DNA of 64,000 nt, taken from assembly GCF_009914755.1 (NCBI RefSeq), contig NC_060946.1; one strand, given 5' to 3'. Made by a program: the position numbers and the translations under genes. Source of the DNA: the human T2T-CHM13v2.0 reference genome, Homo sapiens. Below, piece after piece: positions 12,379 to 24,500 of this stretch (positions are counted from its first letter, which is position 1; each line of letters starts with the position of its first letter). The notes under the pieces are model-generated. The model saw only the letters and a program-made list of their open reading frames with translations. It did no database searches and was not told the origin of the DNA.

Positions 12379-15300
12379 GTGCTTCAAAGCTGCTCTCTGA
12401 AACGGAATGTTCAACTGTATGAGTTGAATGCAAACATCCCAAAGACGTTTCTGAGAATGCTTCTGTCTAGATTTGATATGAAGATATTCCCGTTTCCAAC
12501 GAAATCTTCAAATCTATCCAAATGTCCACTTGCAGATTCAACAAAAAGTGTTTTTCAGAACTGCTCTATCAAAAGAAAGATCCACCTCTGTTAGCTGAGT
12601 TCACACATCACAAACAAGTTTATGAGAATGCTTCTGTCAAGTTTTTATTTGAAGATATTTCATTTCTCACCATAGACCTGAAAGCTGTCCTAATGTTCAC
12701 TTCCAGATACTACAGAAAGAGTGTTTCAAAACTGCTGTACGAAAGGGAATGTTCAACTCTGTGACTTGAATGCACACATCACAAAGAAGTTTCTGAGGAT
12801 GCTGCTGTCTACTTTTTATACGTAATCCCGTTTCCAACGAAATCCTCCAAGCTATCCAAATATCCACTTGCAGATTCCACAGAAAGACTGTTTCAAAACT
12901 GCTCTGTCAATAGAGAGGTTCAACTCTGTTAGCTGCGTGCATATATCCCAAAGAAGATTCTGAGATTGCTTCTGTCTAGTTTTTATGGGAAGATATTTCC
13001 CTTTTCACCGTAGGCGTCAAGGCGCTCCAAATGTCCACTTCCAGATACTACAAAAAGAGTGTTTCAAACCTACTCTGTGGAAGGGAATATTCAACTCTGT
13101 GACTTGAATGCAGATATCACAAAGAAGTTTCTGAGAATGCTTCTGTCGAGATTTTATATGAAGATATTCCCGTTTCCAACGAAATCCTGAAATCTATCCA
13201 AATATCCCCTCGCAGATTCTACAAAAAGAGTGTTTCAACACTGCTCTGTAAAAAGAAAGGTTCAACTCTGTTGGTTGAGTACACACATCACAAACAAGTT
13301 TCACAGAATGCTTCTTTCTAGCTTGTAGGGGAAGATATTTCCTTTATCACCATGGTTCTCAAACCGTCCGAAACGTCCACTTCCATATACTAAAAAAACA
13401 GTGTTTGAAACCTGCTCTATGAAAGGCAATGTTCAACTCTGTGACTTGAATGCAGACATCACAGAGCAGTTTCTGAGAATGCTTCTGTCCAGACTTTATA
13501 GGAAGATATTCCCGTTTCCAACGAAATCTTCACAGCTATCCAAATATCCACTTGCAGATAGTACAAAAAGAGTGTATCAGAAATGCTCTGTCAAAAGGAA
13601 AGTTCTTCTCTGCTAGTTGAGTACATACGTCATAAAGAAGTTTCTGAGAATGTTCCTGTCTAGTGGTTATGGGAAGATATTTGCTTTTTCCCCGTCGGCC
13701 TCAAAGCGGTCCAAATGTCCACTTGCACATACTACAAAAAGAGTGCTTCAAAGCTCCTCTCAGAAAGGGAATGTTCAACTCTATGAGTTGAATGCAAACA
13801 TCACAAAGGCTTTTCTGAGAATGCTTCTGTCTAGATTTGATATGAAGATATTCCCGTTTCCAACGAAATCTTCAAATCTATCCAAATGTCCACTTGCAGA
13901 TTCAACAAAGTGTTTTTCAAAACTGCTGTATCAAAAGAAAGATCCACCACTGTTAGCTGAGTTCACACTTCACAAACAAGTTTATCAGAATGCTTCTGTC
14001 TAGTTTTTATTTGAAGATATATCCTTTCTCACTATAGACCTCAAAGCTCTCCTAAAGTTCACTTCCAGATACTACAGAAAGAGTTTTTCAAAACTGCTGT
14101 ACGAAAGGGAATGTTCAACTCTGTGACTTGAATGCACACGTCACAAGGAAGATTCTGAGGATGCTGCTGTCTACTTTTTATACGTAATCCCGTTTCCAAA
14201 GAAATCCCCCAAGCTATCCAAATATCCACTTGCAGATTCCACAGAAAGACTGTTTCAAAACTGCTCTGTCAATAGAAAGGTTCAACTCTATTAGCTGCGT
14301 GCATATATCCCAAAGAAGATTCAGAGATTGCTTCTGTCTAGTTTTTACGGGAAGATATTTCCCTTTTCACCGTAGGTGTCAAGGCGCTCCAAATGTCCAC
14401 TTCCAGATACTACAAAAAGAGTGTTTCAAACCTACTCTGTGAAAGGGAATATTCCGCTCTGTGACTTGAATGCAGATATCACAATGAAGTTTCTGAGAAT
14501 GCTTCTGTCGAGATTTTATATGAAGATATTCCCGTTTCCAACAAAATCCTGAAATCTATCCAAATATCCCCTCGCAGATTCTACAAAAAGAGTGTTTCAA
14601 AACTGCTCTGTAAAAAGAAAGGTTCAACTCTGTTAGTTGAGTACACACATCACAAACAAGTTTCACAGAATGCTTCTTTCTAGCTTGTAGGGGAAGTTAT
14701 TCCCTTTATCACCATGGGCCTCAAACCGTCCGAAACGTCCACTTCCATATACTACAAAAAGAGCGTTTCAAACCTGCTCTATGAAAGGCAATGTTCAACT
14801 CTGTGACTTGAATGCAGACTTCACAGAGCAGTTTCTGAGAATGCTTCTGTCTAGATTTTATAGGAAGATATTCCCGTTTCCAACGAAATCTTCACAGCTA
14901 TCCAAATATCCACTTGCAGATTCTACAAAAAGAGTGTATCAAAACTGCTCTGTCAAAAGGAAGGTTCTTCTCTGTTAGTTGAGTACATACGTCATAAAGG
15001 AGTTTCTGAGAATGTTTCTGTCTAGTGGTTATGGGAAGATATTTGCTTTTTCACCTTAGGCCTCAGAGCGCTCCAAATATCCACTTGCACATACTACAAA
15101 AAGAGTGCTTCAAAGCTGCTCTCTGAAAGGGAATTTTCAACTCTATGAGTTGAATGCAAACATGACAAAGACGTTTCTGAGAATGCTTCTGTCTAGATTT
15201 GATATGAAGATATACCCGTTTCCAACGAAATCTTCAAATCTATCCAAATGTCCACTTGCAGATTCAACAAAGTGTTTCTCAAAACTGCTGTATCAAAAGA

Positions 15301-16466
15301 AAGATCCACCTCTGTTACCTGAGTTCACACTTCGCAAACAAGTTTATCAGAACTCTTCTGTCTAGTTTTTATTTGAAGATATATCCTTTCTCACTATAGA
15401 CCTGAAAGCTCTTATAAAGTTCACTTCCAGATACTACAGAAAGAGTGTTTCAAAAATGCTGTACGAAAGGGAATGTTCAACTCTGTGACTTGAATGCACA
15501 CATCACAAGGAAGTTTCTGAGGATGCTGCTGTCTAGTTTTTATACGTAATCCCGTTTCCAACGAAATCCTCCAAGCTATCCAAATATCCACTTGCAGATT
15601 CCACAGAAAGACTGTTTCAAAACTGCTCTGTCAATAGAAAGGTTCAACTCTGTTAGCTGCGTGCATATATCCCAAAGGAGATTCTGAGATTGCTTCTGTC
15701 TAGTTTTTATGGGAAGATATTTCCCTTTTCACTTTAGGTGTCAAGGCGCTCCAAATGTCCACTTCCAGATACTATAAAAAGAGTGTTTCAAACCTACTCT
15801 CTGAAAGGGAATATTCAACTCTGTGACTTGAATGCAGATATCACAAAGAAGTTTCTGAGAATGCTTCTGTCGAGATTTTATATGAAGATATTCCCGTTTC
15901 CAACGAAATCCTGAAATCTATCCAAATATCCCCTCGCAGATTCTACAAAAAGAGTGTTTCAAAACTGCTCTGTAAATAGAAAGGTTCAACTCTGTTAGTT
16001 GAGTACACACATCACAAACAAGTTTCACAGAATGCTTCTTTCTAGCTTGTAGGGGAAGATATTCCCTTTATCACCATGGGCCTCAAACCGTCCGAAACGT
16101 CCACTTCCATATACTACAAAAAGAGCGTTTCAAACCTGCTCTATGAAAGGCAATGTTCAACTCTGTGACTTGAATGCAGACATCACAGAGCAGTTTCTCA
16201 GAATGCTTCTGTCTAGGTTTTATAGGAAGATATTCCCGTTTCCAACGAAATCTTCACAGCTATCCAAATATCCACTTGCAGATTCTACAAAAGGAGTGTA
16301 TCAAAACTGCTCTGTCAAAAGGAAGGTTCTTCTCTGTTAGGTGAGTGCATACGTCATAAAGGAGTTTCTGAGAATGTTTCTGTCTAGTGGTTATGGGAAG
16401 ATATTTGCTTTTTCACCGTAGGCCTCAGAGCGCTCCAAATATCCACTTGCACATACTACAAAAAGA
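12379..16466. repeat. 3-HOR block, copy 3
   Basis: Markers shift by 12268: 254->12522, 1133->13401, 1962->14230, 2837->15105, 3875->16143. Confidence 0.9.
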
Positions 16467-19400
16467 GTGCCTCAAAGCTGCTCTCTGAAACGGAATGTTC
16501 AACTCTATGAGTTGAATGCAAACATCACAAAGACGTTTCTGAGAATGCTTCTGTCTAGATTTGATATGAAGATATTCCCGTTTCCAACGAAATCTTCAAA
16601 TCTATCCAAATGTCCACTTGCAGATTCAACAAAATGTGTTTTTCAGAACTGCTCTATCAAAAGAAAGATCCACCTCTGTTAGCTGAGTTCACACATCACA
16701 AACAAGTTTATGAGAATGCTTCTGTCTAGTTTTTATTTGAAGATATTTCCTTTCTCACCATAGACCTGAAAGCTGTCCTAATGTTCACTTCCAGATACTA
16801 CAGAAAGAGTGTTTCAAAACTGCTGTACGAAAGGGAATGTTCAACTCTGTGACTTGAATGCACACATCACAAAGAAGTTTCTGAGGATGCTGCTGTCTAC
16901 TTTTTATACGTAATCCCGTTTCCAACGAAATCCTCCAAGCTATCCAAATATCCACTTTCAGATTCCACAGAAAGACTGTTTCAAAACTGCTCTGTCTATA
17001 GAAAGGTTCAACTCTGTTAGCTGCGTGCATATATCCCAAAGACGATTCTGAGATTGCTTCTGTCTAGTTTTTATGGGAAGATATTTCCCTTTTCACCGTA
17101 GGCGTCAAGGCGCTCCAAATGTCCACTTCCAGATGCTACAAAAAGAGTGTTTCAAACCTACTCTGTGAAAGGGAATATTCAACTCTGTGACTTGAATGCA
17201 GATATCACAAAGAAGTTTCTGAGAATGCTTCTGTCGAGATTTTATATGAAGATATTCCCGTTTCCAACGAAATCCTGAAATCTATCCAAATATCCCCTTG
17301 CAGATTCTACAAAAAGAGTGTTTCAAAACTGCTCTGTAAAAAGAAAGGTTCAACTCTGTTAGTTGAGTACACACATCACAACAAGTTTCACAGAATGCTT
17401 CTTTCTAGCTTGTAGGGGAAGATATTTCCTTTATCACCATGGGCCTCAAACCATCCGAAACGTCCACTTCCATATACTACCAAAAGAGCGTTTGAAACCT
17501 GCTCTATGAAAGGCAATGTTCAACTCTGTGACTTGAATGCAGACATCACAGAGCAGTTTCTGAGAATGCTTCTGTCCAGACTTTATAGGAAGATATTCCC
17601 GTTTCCAACGAAATCTTTATAGCTATCCAAATATCCACTTGCAGATACTACAAAAAGAATGTATCAAAAATGCTCTGTCAAAAGGAAAGTTCTTCTCTGC
17701 TAGTTGAGTACATACGTCATAAAGAAGTTTCTGAGAATGTTTCTGTCTAGTGGTTATGGGAAGATATTTGCTTTTTCACCGTAGGCCTCAGAGCGCTCCA
17801 AATGTCCACTTGCACATGCTACAAAAAGAGTGCTTCAAAGCTGCTCTCTGAAAGGGAATGTTCAACTCTATGAGTTGAATGTAAACATCACAAAGACGTT
17901 TCTGAGAATGCGTCTGTCTAGATTTGATATGAAGATATTCCCGTTTCCAACGAAATCTTCAAATCTATCCAAATGTCCACTTGCAGATTCAACAAAAAGT
18001 GTTTTTCACAACTGCTGTATCAAAAGAAAGATCCACGTCTGTTAGCTGAGTTCACACATCACAAAGAAGTTTATGAGAATGCTTCTGTCTAGTTTTTATT
18101 TGAAGATATTTCCTTTCTCACCATAGACCTGAAAGCTGTCGTAATGTTTACTTCCAGATACTACAGAAAGAGTGTTTCAAAACTGCTGTACGAAACGGAA
18201 TGTTCAACTCTCTGACTTGAATGCACACATCACAAAGAAGTTTCTGAGGATGCTGCTGTCTACTTTTTATAAGTAATCCCGTTTCCAACGAAATCCTCCA
18301 AGCTATCCAAATATCCACTTGCAGATTCCACAGAAAGACTGTTTCAAAACTGCTCTGTCAATAGAAAGGTTCAACTCTGTTAGCTGCGTGCATATATCCC
18401 AAAGAAGATTCTGAGATTGCTTCTGTCTAGTTTTTTTGGGAAGATATTTCCCTTTTCACCGTAGGCGTCAAGGCGCTCCAAATGTCCACTTCCAGATACT
18501 ACAAAAAGAGTGTTTCAAACCTACTCTGTGAAAGGGAATATTCAACTCTGTGACTTGAATGCACATATCACAAAGAAGTTTCTGAGAATGCTTCTGTCGA
18601 GATTTTATATGAAGATATTCCCGTTTCCAACGAAATCCTGAAATCTATCCAAATATCCCCTCGCAGATTCTACAAAAAGAGTGTTTCAAAACTGCTCTGT
18701 AAAAAGAAAGGTTCAACTCTGTTAGTTGAGTACACACATCACAAACAAGTTTCACAGAATCCTTCTTTCTAGCTTGTAGGGGAAGATATTCCCTTTATCA
18801 CCATGGGCCTCCAACCGTCCGAAACATCCACTTCCATATACTACAAAAAGAGCGTTTCAAACCTGCTCTATGAAAGGCAATGTTCAACTCTGTGACTTGA
18901 AAGCAGACATCACAGAGCAGTTTCTGAGAATGCTTCTGTCTAGATTTTATAGGAAGATATTCCCGTTTCCAACGAAATCTTCACAGCTATCCAAATATCC
19001 ACTTGCAGATTCTACAAAAAGAGTGTATCAAAACTGCTCTGTCAAAAGGAAGGTTCTTCTCTGTTAGGTGAGTGCATACGTCATAAAGGAGTTTCTGAGA
19101 ATGTTTCTGTCTAGTGGTTATGGGAAGATATTTGCTTTTTCACCGTAGGCCTCAGAGCGCTCCAAATATCCACTTGCACATACTACAAAAAGAGTGCCTC
19201 AAAGCTGCTCTCTGAAACGGAATGTTCAACTCTATGAGTTGAATGCAAACATCACAAAGACGTTTCTGAGAATGCTTCTGTCTAGATTTGATATGAAGAT
19301 ATTCCCGTTTCCAACGAAATCTTCAAATCTATCCAAATGTCCACTTGCAGATTCAACAAAAAGTGTTTTTCAGAACTGCTCTATCAAAAGAAAGATCCAC

Positions 19401-21529
19401 CTCTGTTAGCTGAGTTCACACATCACAAACAAGTTTATGAGAATGCTTCTGTCTAGTTTTTATTTGAAGATATTTCCTTTCTCACCATAGACCTGAAAGC
19501 TGTCCTAATGTTCACTCCCAGATAATACAGAAAGAGTGTTTCAAAACTGCTGTACGAAAGGGAATGTTCAACTCTGTGACTTGAATGCACACATCACAAA
19601 GAAGTTTCTGAGGATGCTGCTGTCTACTTTTTATATGTAATCCCGTTTCCAACGAAATCCTCCAATCTATCCAAATATCCACTTGCAGATTCCACAGAAA
19701 GACTGTTTCAAAACTGCTCTGTCAATAGAAAGGTTAAACTCTGTTAGCTGCGTGCATATATCCCAAAGAAGATTCTGAGATTGCTTCTGTCTAGTTTTTA
19801 TGGGAAGATATTTCCCTTTTCACCGTAGGCGTCAAGGCGCTCCAAATGTCCACTTCCAGATACTACAAAAAGAGTGTTTCAAACCTACTCTGTGGAAGGG
19901 AATATTCAACTCTGTGACTTGAATGCAGATATCACAAAGAAGTTTCTGAGAATGCTTCCGTCGAGATTTTATATGAAGATATTCCCGTTTCCAACGATAT
20001 CCTGAAATCTATCCAAATATCCCCACGCAGATTCCACAAAAAGAGTGTTTCAACACTGCTCTGTAAAAAGAAAGGTTCAACTCTGTTAGTTGAGTACACA
20101 CATCACAAACAAGTTTCACAGAATGCTTCTTTCTAGCTTGTAGGGGAAGATATTTCCTTTATCACCATGGTCCTCAAACCGTCCGAAACGTCCACTTCCA
20201 TATACTAAAAAAAGAGTGTTTCAAACCTGCTCTATGAAAGGCAATGTTCAACTCTGTGACTTGAATGCAGACATCACAGAGCAGTTTCTGAGAATGCTTC
20301 TGTCCAGACTTTATAGGAAGATATTCCCGTTTCCAACGAAATCTTCACAGCTATCCAAATATCCACTTGCAGATAGTACAAAAAGAGTGTATCGAAAATG
20401 CTCTGTCAAAAGGAAAGTTCTTCTCTGCTAGTTGAGTACATACGTCATAAAGAAGTTTCGGAGAATGTTCCTGTCTAGGGGATATGGGAAGATATTTGCT
20501 TTTTCCCCGTAGACCTCAAAGCGCTCCAAATGTCCACTTGCACATACTACAAAAAGAGTGCTTCAAAGCTGCTCTCTGAAACGGAATGTTCAACTCTATG
20601 AGCTGAATGCTACCATCACAAAGACGTTTCTGAGAATGCTTCTGTCTAGATTTGATATGAAGATATTCCCGTTTCCAACGAAATCTTCAAATCTATCCAA
20701 ATGTCCACTTGCAGATTCAACAAAAAGTGTTTTTCAGAACTGCTCTATCAAAAGAAAGATCCACCTCTGTTAGCTGAGTTCACACATCACAAACAAGTTT
20801 ATGAGAATGCTTCTGTCTAGTTTTTATTTGAAGATATTTCCTTTCTCACCATAGACCTGAAAGCTGTCCTAATGTTCACTTCCAGATACTACAGAAAGAG
20901 CGTTTCAAAACTGCTGTACGAAAGGGAATGTTCAACTCTGTGACTTGAATGCACACATCACAAAGAAGTTTCTGAGGATGCTGCTGTCTACTTTTTATAC
21001 GTAATCCCGTTTCCAACGAAATCCTCCAAGCTATCCAAATATCCACTTGCAGATTCCACAGAAAGACTGTTTCAAAACTGCTCTGTCAATAGAAAGGTTC
21101 AACTCTGTTAGCTGCGTGCATATATCCCAAAGAAGATTCTGAGATTGCTTCTGTCTAGTTTTTATGGGAAGATATTTCCCTTTTCACCGTAGGCGTCAAG
21201 GCGCTCCAAATGTCCACTTCCAGATACTACAAAAAGAGTGTTTCAAACGTACTCTGTGAAAGCGAATATTCAGCTCTGTGACTTGAATGCACATATCACA
21301 AAGAAGTTTCTGAGAATGCTTCTGTCGAGATTTTATATGAAGATATTCCCGTTTCCAACGAAATCCTGAAATCTATCCAAATATCCCCTCGCAGATTCTA
21401 CAAAAAGAGTGTTTCAAAACTGCTCTGTAAAAAGAAAGGTTCAACTCTGTTAGTTGAGTACACACATCACAAACAAGTTTCACAGAATGCTTCTTTCTAG
21501 CTTGTAGGGGAAGATATTCCCTTTATCAC

Positions 21530-24500
21530 CATGGTCCTCAAACCGTCGGAAACGTCCACTTCCATATACTACAAAAAGAGCGTTTCAAACCTGCTCTAGG
21601 AAAGGCAATGTTCAACTCTGTGACTTGAATGCAGACATCACAGAGCAGTTTCTGAGAATGCTTCTGTCTAGATTTTATAGGAAGATATTCCCGTTTCCAA
21701 TGAAATCTTCACAGCTATCCAAATATCCACTTGCAGATTCTACAAAAAGAGTGTATCAAAACTGCTCTGTCAAAAGGAAGGTTCTTCTCTGTTAGGTGAG
21801 TGCATACGTCATAAAGGAGTTTCTGAGAATGTTTCTGTCTAGTGGTTATGGGAAGATATTTGCTTTTTCACCGTAGGCCTCAGAGCGCTCCAAATATCCA
21901 CTTGCACATACTACAAAAAGAGTGCCTCAAAGCTGCTCTCTGAAACGGAATGTTCAACTCTATGAGTTGAATGCAAACATCACAAAGACGTTTCTGAGAA
22001 TGCTTCTGTCTAGATTTGATATGAAGATATTCCCGTTTCCAACGAAATCTTCAAATCTATCCAAATGTCCACTTGCATAATCAACAAAAAGTGTTTTTCA
22101 GAACTGCTCTATCAAAAGAAAGATCCACCTCTGTTAGCTGAGTTCACACATCACAAACAAGTTTATGAGAATGCTTCTGTCTAGTTTTTATTTGAAGATA
22201 TTTCCTTTCTCACCATAGACCTGAAAGCTGTCCTAATGTTCACTTCCAGATACTACAGAAAGAGTGTTTCAAAACTGCTGTATGAAAGGGAATGTTCAAC
22301 TCTGTGACTTGAATGCACACATCACAAAGAAGTTTCTGAGGATGCTGCTGTCTACTTTTTATACGTAATCCCGTTTCCAACGAAATCCTCCAAGCTATCC
22401 AAACATCCACTTGCAGATTCCACAGAAAGACTGTTTCAAAACTGCTCTGTCAATAGAAAGGTTCAACTCTGTTAGCTGCGTGCATATATCCCAAAGAAGA
22501 TTCTGAGATTACTTCTGTCTAGTTTTTATGGGAAGATATTTCCCTTTTCACCGTAGGCGTCAAGGCGCTCCAAATGTCCACTTCCAGATACTACAAAAAG
22601 AGTGTTTCAAACCTACTCTGTGAAAGCGAATATTCAACTCTGTGGCTTGAATGCACATATCACAAAGAAGTTTCTGAGAATGCTTCTGTCGAGATTTTAT
22701 ATGAAGATATTCCCGTTTCCAACGAAATCCTGAAATCTATCCAAATATCCCCTCGCAGATTCTACAAAAAGAGTGTTTCAAAACTACTCTGTAAAAAGAA
22801 AGGTTCAACTCTGTTAGTTGAGTACACACATCACAAACAAGCTTCACAGAATGCTTCTTTCTAGCTTGTAGGGGAAGATATTCCCTTTATCACCATGGGC
22901 CTCCAACCGTCCGAAACATCCACTTCCATATACTACAAAAAGAGCGTTTCAAACCTGCTCTAGGAAAGGCAATGTTCAACTCTGTGACTTGAATGCAGAC
23001 ATCACAGAGCAGTTTCTGAGAATGCTTCTGTCTAGATTTTATAGGAAGATATTCCCGTTTCCAACGAAATCTTCACAGCTATCCAAATATCCACTTGCAG
23101 ATTCTACAAAAAGAGTGTATCAAAACTGCTCTGTCAAAAGGAAGGTTCTTCTCTGTTAGGTGAGTGCATACGTCATAAAGGAGTTTCTGAGAATGTTTCT
23201 GTCTAGTGGTTATGGGAAGATATTTGCTTTTTCACCGTAGGCCTCAGAGCGCTCCAAATATCCACTTGCACATACTACAAAAAGAGTGCCTCAAAGCTGC
23301 TCTCTGAAACGGAATGTTCAACTCTATGAGTTGAATGGAAACATCACAAAGACGTTTCTGAGAATGCTTCTGTCTAGATTTGATATGAAGATATTCCCGT
23401 TTCCAACGAAATCTTCAAATCTATCCAAATGTCCACTTCTATAATCAACAAAAAGTGTTTTTCAGAACTGCTCTATCAAAAGAAAGATCCACCTCTGTTA
23501 GCTGAGTTCACACATCACAAACAAGTTTATGAGAATGCTTCTGTCTAGTTTTTATTTGAAGATATTTCCTTTCTCACCATAGACCTGAAAGCTGTCCTAA
23601 TGTTCACTTCCAGATACTACAGAAAGAGTGTTTAAAAACTGCTGTACGAAAGGGAATGTTCAACTCTGTGACTTGAATGCACACATCACAAAGAAGTTTC
23701 TGAGGATGCTGCTGTCTACTTTTTATACGTAATCCTGTTTCCAACGAAATCCTCCAAGCTATCCAAATATCCACTTGCAGATTCCACAGAAAGAATGTTT
23801 CAAAACTGCTCTGTCAATAGAAAGGTTCAACTCAGTTAGCTGCGTGCATATATCCCAAAGAAGATTCTGAGATTGCTTCTGTCTAGTTTTTATGGGAAGA
23901 TGTTTCCCTTTTCACCGTAGGCGTCAAGGCGCTCCAAATGTCCACTTCCAGATACTACAAAAAGAGTGTTTCAAACCTAATCTGTGAAAGGGAATATTCA
24001 ACTCTGTAACTTGAATGCACATATCACAAAGAAGTTTCTGAGAATGCTTCTGTCGAGATTTTATGTGAAGATATTCCCGTTTCCAACGAAATCCTGAAAT
24101 CTATCCAAATATCCCCTCGCAGATTCTACAAAAAGAGTGTTTCAAAACTGCTCTGTAAAAAGAAAGGTTCAACTCTGTTAGTTGAGTACACACATCACAA
24201 ACAAGTTTCACAGAATGCTTCTTTCTAGCTTGTAGGGGAAGATATTCCCTTCATCACCATGGGCCTCAAACCGTCCGAAACGTCCACTTCCATATACTAC
24301 AAAAAGAGCGTTTCAAACCTGCTCTATGAAAGGTAATGTTCAACTCTGTGACTTGAATGCAGACATCACAGAGCAGTTTCTGAGAATGCTTCTGTCTAGA
24401 TTTTATAGGAAGATATTCCCGTTTCCAACGAAATCTTCACAGCTATCCAAATATCCACTTGCAGATTCTACAAAAAGAGAGTATCAAAACTGCTCTGTCT

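Noticed and set aside
13401-14003. Abutting ORFs including the longest one (128 aa), operon-like in appearance
   Set aside because: Created by a single TAG->TCG change near 13696 plus the 2-bp deletion; chance read-through.
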